A stretch of DNA of 10,855 nt from an archaeon (GCA_035357435.1 DAOPNM010000017.1:1-10855), one strand, 5' to 3'. Shown: positions 1 through 7,532, numbered from the stretch's first letter. Numbers and translations: made by a program. The notes: generated by a model from the letters alone, not told the origin.

Positions 1-39
1 CTTATAAAAAATACACAAACAATAATTGAAAGAGAAGTA

Positions 40-717
40 ATGGATTTAAAAGAATTTAAAGAAAAAATAGAATCACAAATTAATCCTAAACAAATTTATG
101 ATAAACTAAATGAATTAGATTCATTTAAAGAAGCATTAGCAAACAGATACGAAAAAAGATTTGATGAAGTTAAACAAGAATTTTTAATAAAAGCAAAAGA
201 TGCTATGCAAAATGAAATTAATAAGGAACTTAAAGAACTAAGAGAACTAAAAGAAACAATTGTTCTAAAAACAGATCCAGATATTATAAAAAGAGAAATT
301 GATAAACTTCTTACATTTAAAGCAGAAGTACTTGCATCAATTGATGAAAAAATAACACAAGTTTTAAAAGTTTATGAAGGAGTAAATACACAGGAATTTA
401 GAAAAAAAATAGATGAACTAGAAAAATATAAACAAGAAATTTCTACAAAACTAAAGGATGCAGAAACAATTACAGAAAAATTAAAAGAATTAGATAAATT
501 TAAAGAACAATTTATAGCAATTATTGATAAACATATTGATGACATGAACAAAAAAATAGATACAATAAATCAAAAATTTAAAGAATTAGGATTGGGAGAA
601 CTTCAAAAAACAGAACAACCAAAAACAGAAGACACAACATATGTAAAAGAAGTAAATATACCAAAACAAGAAATTCCTAAAAAAATAAATATGCCACCAT
701 TAGATTATACTGATTAA
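40..717 (+). CDS. Lys/Glu-rich coiled-coil protein, function unknown (no signal peptide or TM segment)
   Basis: 225-codon ORF with a TAA stop at 715-717. K/E/I/L-rich, heptad-like composition throughout. A motif of the form h-x-E-L-(D/E)-x-F-K-E recurs about seven times. The tail is Pro-rich and acidic (IPKQEIPKKINMPPLDYTD). The same frame is also open from nt 1 to 39 (LIKNTQTIIEREV), so the true start may lie upstream of the window. No family recognised. Confidence 0.7.
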   Translation: MDLKEFKEKIESQINPKQIYDKLNELDSFKEALANRYEKRFDEVKQEFLIKAKDAMQNEINKELKELRELKETIVLKTDPDIIKREIDKLLTFKAEVLASIDEKITQVLKVYEGVNTQEFRKKIDELEKYKQEISTKLKDAETITEKLKELDKFKEQFIAIIDKHIDDMNKKIDTINQKFKELGLGELQKTEQPKTEDTTYVKEVNIPKQEIPKKINMPPLDYTD

Positions 718-769
718 ATTTAAAAAAATAAATTAAAAAAAAGAAAAAAAGAAAATTTATTTCTTTTTT
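718..769. terminator. Terminator region between convergent genes: oligo-T tracts on both strands plus a weak AT hairpin
   Basis: The 39-bp gap between the two convergent stop codons reads ATTTTCTTTTTTTCTTTTTTTTAATTTATTTTTTTAAAT on the minus strand, giving archaeal-style oligo-T tracts directly after the 622-aa gene. Nt 745-769 can fold as a 10-bp stem (AAAAAAGAAA / TTTCTTTTTT, a single G-C pair) with loop ATTTA. The stem is very AT-rich, so its stability is low. Confidence 0.3.
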
Positions 770-2625
770 ATAGGTTTAAGTTCTTGCTTTACTGATTTAA
801 TGGTAATTGTTCTTTTTTGTTTAATTGCACCTGTTGCATATAAAATTATTAAAACTAAACATAATGCAATGATTCCAACTAAAATTGAATTACCTAATGT
901 AAAAAACCCTGCTAATCTACTTAATTGTGGAACTTCTTCAGTTTCTCCTGGTTGTGGAATTGCTTGTAAAACATTTATTTTAATTGGTCTTGTTGCTGTA
1001 TACCCATCTTTATCAGACAACACAATTTCGGCACTTATTTCTTGTGGTTCTATATCACCGGTAAAGATTGTACCAGTTACAACACCTGAAGAACCTGCAG
1101 GAATTGTTACATCTGAAAACCTATAGGTTATTTGTTGTGGAATTCTTCTTAAATTTATTGAATCTATAACAATATCCTCTTCTCCAAAATTATAGACTTC
1201 AAAAGAAATTTCTTTTGAAGAATTTTTATCAATTTCAATTAAAGATGGGAAAGAAAGATATGTTAAAGATAATGAATCAGAGTCACCAGTAACAATAACA
1301 TCAACTGTATGTTTATTATAATATCCAGAACTATTCCCTTGAACAACAATAGATATTGGACTTTTTATTTTTTCTGTATTTGTTCCACAAGAAACATTAA
1401 ACGTCATTATATTACGTGAATGTGGAGTTAATGTTATTGAACTTGAGGAAGTTGTAATCTGTAAATCATTTGTTGGCTTTGTTGTAATTGTAAATGTTTC
1501 TGAAAGATCACCTTTATTTTCTAAGACCATATAAATTGGTGTTATTTTTCCATAAGCCAAAACTATTTGTTTTGTAGAGATTGAAGACTCTAAGCTGTGT
1601 ATAGGAATAACATCAAACTTAATTTTATAATTTATAAAATCTTTTTCATCAAAGAAATTTAAATCAAGGGTATATAGCCCAGAATTTATATTTTTAGGTG
1701 CAGTTACATAAACAGAAACTTGTTTTGATTGTCCTGGAGCTAAATAAACTTCTCTTTCTGAAACATCTGTAGATAAACCGTTTCCATCTTCAGAAATATA
1801 AAATGTTTTTTCTATATTTCCTATATTTTTAATTGTATAAGTTAATGATACTGTTTCTCCTTTTGCTATTCTATAATATGTTGAAGTAGTATTTGGGATC
1901 ACAGTAAATGCAATAATATCTTCAATACATTCCTTTAAAGAAATATTAAATACTTTTGTAACTAAAAGATCATCATTAGAAATACTTAATTTTAGCTCAT
2001 GCATTGTATCTGAAAGATTACTTAATGGAATATTAAAAGAAACTATTTTTTCTTCATCTTCCTCTAAATAAACATCATTTTGGTTTAAACTAACAGGAAG
2101 TGTTGTGCTTGTTAGTTTTATATTATATAATCCATCTTCATAGTTATTTTCAATTTTTATATAACCTACACCAGGATAATTACTACAAAAAGATGTTTTA
2201 TTTAAAGATATTGCAAAATCACCGTCATCTAGTTGATCATCAACATTTATTTCAGTTGTAAATTCTTTAGTATCATGTGTTATTTTATCTTTAACAATTA
2301 ATGTAAGTTCTGGAGAACCTTCATCTATTGCTTGTACAACAAAAGATTGAGTTGTTGAAGAATTTGGCAACATCTGTAAACTTTTAGAATAATCACATTC
2401 TAATTCTTCTTCACAGTTTGTTGTAACTAACAAAGATAAGGTGTCTAATGAATTATTTGCTAAAGTATATGTAATTCTTAATGATCCATTATCATTAACA
2501 GAATAAACCTCTTTAGAAAATTGAACATCTACACTATCAATAGAACTTGCAAATGTATTTATTCCAAAAATGCTTAGGAATATTAAAAATATCCCCAAAA
2601 CAAAATATTTTTTATTCATTTTCAT
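757..2625 (-). CDS. Secreted, C-terminally membrane-anchored surface protein with ~5-6 tandem Ig-like/CARDB-like beta-sandwich domains
   Basis: 622-codon ORF. N-terminal Sec-type signal peptide (MKMNKKYFVLGIFLIFLSIFGINTFA/SS). Repeated ~90-100-aa segments show alternating beta-strand patterns typical of CARDB/NEW3-type archaeal surface domains (e.g. AKGETVSLTYTIKNIGNIEKTF, VYLAPGQSKQVSVYVTAP, SKEISFEVYNFGEEDIVI). A Pro/Glu linker (PQPGETEEVPQ) leads into a single C-terminal TM helix (residues ~580-601) and a basic tail (KQKRTITIKSVKQELKPIKKK). Many N-x-S/T sequons. A GGTGA Shine-Dalgarno sits 6 nt upstream of the start. Confidence 0.85.
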   Translation of the reverse strand: MKMNKKYFVLGIFLIFLSIFGINTFASSIDSVDVQFSKEVYSVNDNGSLRITYTLANNSLDTLSLLVTTNCEEELECDYSKSLQMLPNSSTTQSFVVQAIDEGSPELTLIVKDKITHDTKEFTTEINVDDQLDDGDFAISLNKTSFCSNYPGVGYIKIENNYEDGLYNIKLTSTTLPVSLNQNDVYLEEDEEKIVSFNIPLSNLSDTMHELKLSISNDDLLVTKVFNISLKECIEDIIAFTVIPNTTSTYYRIAKGETVSLTYTIKNIGNIEKTFYISEDGNGLSTDVSEREVYLAPGQSKQVSVYVTAPKNINSGLYTLDLNFFDEKDFINYKIKFDVIPIHSLESSISTKQIVLAYGKITPIYMVLENKGDLSETFTITTKPTNDLQITTSSSSITLTPHSRNIMTFNVSCGTNTEKIKSPISIVVQGNSSGYYNKHTVDVIVTGDSDSLSLTYLSFPSLIEIDKNSSKEISFEVYNFGEEDIVIDSINLRRIPQQITYRFSDVTIPAGSSGVVTGTIFTGDIEPQEISAEIVLSDKDGYTATRPIKINVLQAIPQPGETEEVPQLSRLAGFFTLGNSILVGIIALCLVLIILYATGAIKQKRTITIKSVKQELKPIKKK

Positions 2626-2631
2626 ATTATC

Positions 2632-2636
2632 TCACC
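2632..2636 (-). promoter_or_regulatory. Shine-Dalgarno site (GGTGA) for the 622-aa surface protein gene
   Basis: The minus strand reads AAATGGTGAGATAATATG. GGTGA lies 6 nt before the ATG at 2625, inside the 27-nt gap after the upstream gene's TAA. This fits translational coupling within an operon. Confidence 0.5.
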
Positions 2637-2652
2637 ATTTAAATATAATTTT

Positions 2653-3951
2653 TTATTTATTATCTTTTGAAAACTTAATATATCTTGTTGTAAAAAACAA
2701 AATCATTATAACTAAAACACATACTAAAGTTATTTGGAAAACCAATGAATTAAAAAAATTAACCATATTTTCTTTTGTAAAAACATTACCTAAACTAAAA
2801 AAACCTGTTAAATTATTGTTATTTTCTTCATCTTGTTCTTTTAATTGAATATTCATTGTATTTTGTATATCATTACATGTATAATTCAATACTAAAAATT
2901 CATTATTTGTATCTATATGATAAAAGGTTTTTGCTAATTCATATGCATTTAAATCAATAGATTGTGGGTTAACATTCAAATCTGTAAAACCATCTAAACT
3001 AATATTTACAGTATTGCCTGAATTATTATACATATAAATATATATTCTATACTTTAATATCCCTGAAAGAAAATTTACATCATAAGTTAAAGATACAGGA
3101 CAAGAAGGATCTATAATGTTTGAATCTAAAGAACTATTTGTGTCATCCACTATCCCTATGACATTACTATCTGACACAGAATTATTTAAATCTTCAGAAA
3201 CGTTTGTATCATGGTTTTTAAACAAACCATTCCATAAACCAACAAAACCTGACAATACACTAATTGATTCTGTTTCTTGTTCTGGTTTTTCTGGAACTAT
3301 AATTTCCATATTCTTTTCTAAATGATTACAAACATAATTTAAAACTAATTCTGAATTTTCTTGTACATTAATATCAAAATATTCTTTAGTTTGTGTTTTT
3401 GAATTTATATTTAATGTTTTAGATGTAAATCCAGAAACCCCATTTAAATCATTTAAAATTAAATCAATGTTTAAATTTGAATTATTATTTATTTGTAAAA
3501 TTAAATTATATATATCTTTATTTATATCATAAGATATATTATAGGTTAAATCTAATGGACATTCTACATTTTGATTTTGTATAATTGTCAATGGAGCAAA
3601 ATAAGATGTTTCTTCATTAATTATAACTTCTAAACTTGCCATTTGTGTTAAAGTAAGTGAATTATTTAGTGGTTTTATTTTTAAACTTAAATAAGCATAT
3701 TCTCTTGGGGATAACCAAATTGATGGGGGATTTATTGAAGAAATAAATGGATATGTGTGTAACTTAAATGTATAAAGCTGTGAAGAATCTGTTGGATTTG
3801 TTATTTTTATTGGAATTGATATTTCTTGATTTGTAAGAGTAATTGTATTTGAATAAGATAAATCAACATTTTCTATAGAATAAATATTTGGAAAAATAAC
3901 TACACCTATTATTAACAATAATACAAACAAACTTATATTTTTTTTATCCAT
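2653..3951 (-). CDS. Secreted, C-terminally membrane-anchored surface protein: one beta-sandwich domain plus two copies of a Cys-bracketed module
   Basis: 432-codon ORF. N-terminal signal/anchor (MDKKNISLFVLLLIIGVVIFPNIYS). Residues ~27-129 resemble the beta-sandwich domains of the downstream 622-aa protein (IWLSPREYAYLSLKIKP versus VYLAPGQSKQVSVYVTAP). Residues 131-246 and 284-395 are a diverged internal duplication. C-terminal TM helix (~404-422) followed by the basic tail RYIKFSKDNK. Asn/Ser/Asp-rich linker with many N-x-S/T sequons. Confidence 0.85.
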   Translation of the reverse strand: MDKKNISLFVLLLIIGVVIFPNIYSIENVDLSYSNTITLTNQEISIPIKITNPTDSSQLYTFKLHTYPFISSINPPSIWLSPREYAYLSLKIKPLNNSLTLTQMASLEVIINEETSYFAPLTIIQNQNVECPLDLTYNISYDINKDIYNLILQINNNSNLNIDLILNDLNGVSGFTSKTLNINSKTQTKEYFDINVQENSELVLNYVCNHLEKNMEIIVPEKPEQETESISVLSGFVGLWNGLFKNHDTNVSEDLNNSVSDSNVIGIVDDTNSSLDSNIIDPSCPVSLTYDVNFLSGILKYRIYIYMYNNSGNTVNISLDGFTDLNVNPQSIDLNAYELAKTFYHIDTNNEFLVLNYTCNDIQNTMNIQLKEQDEENNNNLTGFFSLGNVFTKENMVNFFNSLVFQITLVCVLVIMILFFTTRYIKFSKDNK

Positions 3952-4058
3952 ATTTCTTTCCTTTTTTTTGTTCTAATAATTATGTATAATATTATTATGG
4001 GTAGAAATGTTTAAAAAGGTTACTTTTAACTAAATAACTTTTGGTGGTTACTATTATT

Positions 4059-4125
4059 GGAAAAAAAGAAAAATATTATTTAACGGAAAGAAATTTAAAA
4101 AAAATAGTATGCTTAAAAACAAAAC
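4059..4125 (-). terminator. Oligo-T tracts downstream of smc (possible archaeal-type terminator)
   Basis: After the smc TAA the minus strand reads GTTTTGTTTTTAAGCATACTATTTTTTTTAAATTTCTTTCCGTTAAATAATATTTTTCTTTTTTTCC. It contains T8 and T5CT7 runs and no convincing GC-rich hairpin. Confidence 0.3.
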
Positions 4126-7100
4126 TTATAGATTTAAACCAATAACAGAGGTATTTTCTTTCAAGGTTACACCAATTACTTTATCAGCACCTGCAACAAC
4201 TTCACTATTGTGTGAAATTGCAATTACAGTAGTGTCTTTTGCTAAATCCTTCATAAAATTTAAAAGATTTAATGAATTATAATCATCTAATGCAGCATCT
4301 ACTTCATCTAAAATATATAATGGGGCAATCTTATATGAATGAAGTGCAAAAATAAAAGCTAAGGCTGCAATTGTTTTTTCACCTGTAGATAATATATCGA
4401 TATCTTTTGCTTTTTTATTTTTGATAATATTAATTATTAATTTAGAATTAAATGGATCTGACCCATCCAACTTTAATTCACCAGAAAGTGTTGGAGACAT
4501 CTTTTTTAAAACTGCATTATAATTTGAACTTATTTTCTCAAAACAATCCATAAAAACATCTTGTTTTTTCATGTTAATTTCTGTTAACATATGCAAAATT
4601 TGTTCTTTCTCATTAATCAAAATTGTGCTCTTTTGTAAAATATCATCATATTCTTTTGCCAAAGATTCATAAGAAGAAATTGCATTAAAATTTATATTCC
4701 CCAATACATTTTTTTCTCTTTTAATTTTTCTTAAATTATTTAAAAGTTCATCAATAGATAAATCTATATTTTTTTTATCTTTATCTAAAATATCTAAATC
4801 TTTTAACTCTTTTTCTAAATCATTTAATTTATTTGAAGTTGTAGAAATAACAATTTGTGATTGATTAATTTTCAAATTTAAATCTGAAATATTTATATCT
4901 AAAGAATGTATCAAACTAGACAAATTATTAATTTGATGATGTATCTCTGATTTTTCTGAAAACAAATGTTGCTTTTTTATTTCTTGTTCATCGATTTGTT
5001 TTTTAAGAGAAACAAGTTTTTCATCAATATCTTTTTTTTGTAATTCTAATTCTGTTATTTTCTTGTGTAAACTCTGTATTTTTTCAGAATTATTAGCTAC
5101 ATGACTCTTTACATTATTGATTTTTTCAAAAAGCATTTTTTGTTCAGAAGATTTAGAAATTAATGCTTGTTCCAAACTATTTATTTCAGAAACTAAAAGA
5201 TCATATGTTTCTCTTTCAACATTATTAGTAGAAGAATAAATCTGTTTTAAATTGTTCTCTATATCCCTTTTCTGACTTGCCAAAAACTCAATTTCTTTTT
5301 CTAAAACAGAAATATCTTTTTGAGTATCTTCTATATTTTTCATGATCTGCAAAAATGTTGATTTATATAAAGATTTTGAAAAAGAACTAATGCGCTCTAA
5401 AATATTTTTTAGAAGTTCCCTTTGTGTTTGTATTTGAATATTTAAATTTAATTCATTTTTTTGTAAACCTTCTATATCATTTGTCAAATCTATTTCCTTA
5501 TGAGCCAATTCAGACAATTGATTTTCTAAATTAGAAACCTCTTCTTCTATTTTTTTAATTTCTTTTTCTAAAGTTTTTGTATCAGTTGTTACTATTTTTT
5601 TAAAACAAAAACCATCAAAATAAAGATTTTTTATTTTTAGTTTAGTACCATTTAATGAAAAAAGCTTTTGTTTAAAAAAATCTTGTAAATCATTAGAGTT
5701 TTTTAAACCTAAAACTGAAAGAATAATAAAAGATAAATTTATAGTTGAGGTTTTTTCTAAAATCGTCTCTAGCTCAGAATCATTTGATAAAACAACATAA
5801 GAGGAATAAACATCTTTTTGGATATCATTTAATGGGACAATATCTTCCAAGAAGCCAAGGAAGGTTTTATATTTACTTAATGTGCCCAATAATTCTTGCT
5901 TTTTTTTACTAATATCTAAAGAAAATGAAAGCTCTTTATGATAGCCTGCCAATTCTATCTTATACACATTTATTTTTTCTTTAAAATTTACTATTAAAGA
6001 TTTACAATTATCTAATTCTTTTTTCTTTTCTGATAGAGACAAAGATAAACTATTAAGTTTTTGAGAAAGATCAAAAATATCTTTTTCCAAATCTTTTTTC
6101 TTAGTTTCTAAAGATGAAACTAACTTATTTTCTTCTTTTTCTTGTTTTTCAAGAGAATCCTTTTGAAAAATAAAAGCATTTAATTTATTTTTTTTATCAA
6201 ACAGTTTGTTTTGTTTATCAGATAACTGCTTATTATATTCTGAAAGTTTAGCATAAAGATCTTGTTGCATAGACACATATTTGTTATATTCATCTTGACT
6301 TTTATCAATCGCCTCTTTTAATTTTAATTTTTGCATGTTCTTTTCTGCAATTTGATTATTTAAAGAATCAATTGATTGAGACAAACTAACTAATTGAGAT
6401 TCATAATTTTTCAAATCAAAAGCAAAAGAATTATTTTCTGAGATTAAATAATTTAAATTTTCATTTGTAATATTTAAGTTATTTAAAATGATTTCTTTAT
6501 TAACACTATAATCAGAAAATGTTTTACCAAGAGTTGAACTCACTATATCTGAATGGTTAATTAATGCAAGATTTATTTCTTCTATTTTTTCTTCTAATTT
6601 CTTTTGATTATCTAATGCCTCTCTTTTTTGCTTTATTAAATCAGAAATTGCTTGTTTGTTTTTCTCTACATTTTCTTGTTCTTGCTCAATTTCAGAGTTA
6701 TAAATAGAAATTTGTTTTTTTAAAAAATTATATGTAAACAATTTTTCTTGTGAATCAAGTTCTTGATACTTCAAAGCGTTTTCTTTTTCTGATCTTAACT
6801 GTTCAATATATGGTTTTCTTTCATTTAATGCAATATTTACCTTTTGTAACTTTTCATCAACTTTTTTTAAATTATCTTCTGCTTCTTTTTTTCTAGCATC
6901 AAATAATGAAATTCCTGAAAGACCATCAATAATTGTTCTTCTTTCTTCTGGTTTTAAATTAATTATTCGTAAAACATCTCCTTGTTGAATAACATTATAT
7001 CCTTCTACATCCATTCCAATTTCTTTTAAAAAAGAAGTAATTTCATTCAAAGATTTTCTTTGGTTATTTAAAAGGAAAACTGATTTCCCTGATGCATCAA

Positions 7101-7374
7101 TCTCTCTAACTATTTCATAATCTTGATTTTCATATTCTATAACTATTCTTACTCTTGCAGTTTTTGCTTTCGTATTATGATTTATTAAATCTGAAAGTTT
7201 ATCAACCCTTAATCGTTTTAAAGAAGTTGTGCCTAATCCAAACAAAAGAGCATCTGTAATATTACTTTTTCCAGAACCATTTGGACCAACAACTACATGT
7301 AAACCTTTTCCAAGAGGTATTTTTACATAATCAAATGATTTAAAATTTTTTATATTTAATTCTTTTATCTGCAT
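4126..7374 (-). CDS. smc: Structural maintenance of chromosomes (SMC) ATPase
   Basis: 1082-codon ORF. N-terminal head with Walker A (VVGPNGSGKSNITDALLFGLG). Q-loop region YNVIQQGDVLRIINLKPEERRTIIDGLSGI. Two ~330-aa coiled-coil arms flank a central non-coil segment (~residues 495-598). The C-terminal head carries a signature motif (LSTGEK), Walker B and D-loop (LYILDEVDAALD) and an H-loop region (VIAISHN). Confidence 0.93.
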   Translation of the reverse strand: MQIKELNIKNFKSFDYVKIPLGKGLHVVVGPNGSGKSNITDALLFGLGTTSLKRLRVDKLSDLINHNTKAKTARVRIVIEYENQDYEIVREIDASGKSVFLLNNQRKSLNEITSFLKEIGMDVEGYNVIQQGDVLRIINLKPEERRTIIDGLSGISLFDARKKEAEDNLKKVDEKLQKVNIALNERKPYIEQLRSEKENALKYQELDSQEKLFTYNFLKKQISIYNSEIEQEQENVEKNKQAISDLIKQKREALDNQKKLEEKIEEINLALINHSDIVSSTLGKTFSDYSVNKEIILNNLNITNENLNYLISENNSFAFDLKNYESQLVSLSQSIDSLNNQIAEKNMQKLKLKEAIDKSQDEYNKYVSMQQDLYAKLSEYNKQLSDKQNKLFDKKNKLNAFIFQKDSLEKQEKEENKLVSSLETKKKDLEKDIFDLSQKLNSLSLSLSEKKKELDNCKSLIVNFKEKINVYKIELAGYHKELSFSLDISKKKQELLGTLSKYKTFLGFLEDIVPLNDIQKDVYSSYVVLSNDSELETILEKTSTINLSFIILSVLGLKNSNDLQDFFKQKLFSLNGTKLKIKNLYFDGFCFKKIVTTDTKTLEKEIKKIEEEVSNLENQLSELAHKEIDLTNDIEGLQKNELNLNIQIQTQRELLKNILERISSFSKSLYKSTFLQIMKNIEDTQKDISVLEKEIEFLASQKRDIENNLKQIYSSTNNVERETYDLLVSEINSLEQALISKSSEQKMLFEKINNVKSHVANNSEKIQSLHKKITELELQKKDIDEKLVSLKKQIDEQEIKKQHLFSEKSEIHHQINNLSSLIHSLDINISDLNLKINQSQIVISTTSNKLNDLEKELKDLDILDKDKKNIDLSIDELLNNLRKIKREKNVLGNINFNAISSYESLAKEYDDILQKSTILINEKEQILHMLTEINMKKQDVFMDCFEKISSNYNAVLKKMSPTLSGELKLDGSDPFNSKLIINIIKNKKAKDIDILSTGEKTIAALAFIFALHSYKIAPLYILDEVDAALDDYNSLNLLNFMKDLAKDTTVIAISHNSEVVAGADKVIGVTLKENTSVIGLNL

Positions 7375-7484
7375 CCATTATCAACTAAAATAAGTATAAA
7401 TACATCTATACAAAATATAAACCAAAATATATTTAAATGAATTTTTTCAGAAAAAAAGGAAGAAAAGAAAGGTTATTACAAGAA

Positions 7485-7532
7485 ATAGAGGGAACACTAA
7501 AAAGTAAACAAAAAGTGTCCAAGAAATATTGT
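7485..7532 (+). repeat. Intergenic repeat copy A (ATAGAGG...TAAAAAGTA...AGTGTCCAAGAAATATTGT)
   Basis: The 19-nt core AGTGTCCAAGAAATATTGT is at 7514-7532. Its left flank is shared with copies B and C (ATAGAGG, TAAAAAGTA). Confidence 0.7.

Noticed and set aside
800-1126. 108-aa plus-strand ORF from the supplied track
   Set aside because: It lies entirely antisense within the well-supported 622-aa surface protein gene. Its composition is Cys/Pro/Gly-rich, unlike the real genes, and it has no RBS. This is a shadow ORF.
2570-2848. 92-aa plus-strand ORF from the supplied track
   Set aside because: It is antisense to the start of the 622-aa gene, the 27-nt operon junction and the 3' end of the 432-aa gene. 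Its product is low-complexity (Phe/Leu/Lys/Ile-rich), and it has no RBS. This is a shadow ORF.
3116-3325. 69-aa plus-strand ORF from the supplied track
   Set aside because: It lies antisense inside the 432-aa surface protein gene and has no independent support. This is a shadow ORF.
757-3951. Diversity-generating retroelement targeting the surface proteins
   Set aside because: No reverse transcriptase ORF and no template/variable repeat pair are present. The only internal repeat is an old protein-level duplication with low DNA identity, not an A-specific mismatch pattern.
4018-4052. Direct repeat GGTTACTWTT (4018-4027 and 4046-4055 on the plus strand), 28 bp apart and ~70-100 bp upstream of the surface-protein operon, as an operator
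   Set aside because: It is real in the sequence. However, a rough estimate suggests that a few exact 7-mer repeats of any kind are expected by chance in a 174-bp AT-rich spacer, and there is no dyad symmetry or third copy. It is worth a glance only if the same word recurs upstream of other surface-protein genes.
4126-7374. SMC-like ATPase as part of a defence system (Wadjet JetC/MksB, Lamassu LmuB, or Rad50-type)
   Set aside because: The head motifs (Q-loop QGD, LDEVDAALD), symmetric ~330-aa arms and central hinge-like segment fit a housekeeping SMC. There is no CxxC zinc hook. No kleisin-like, Toprim/nuclease or Mre11 partner genes flank it; the neighbours are serS and surface proteins.
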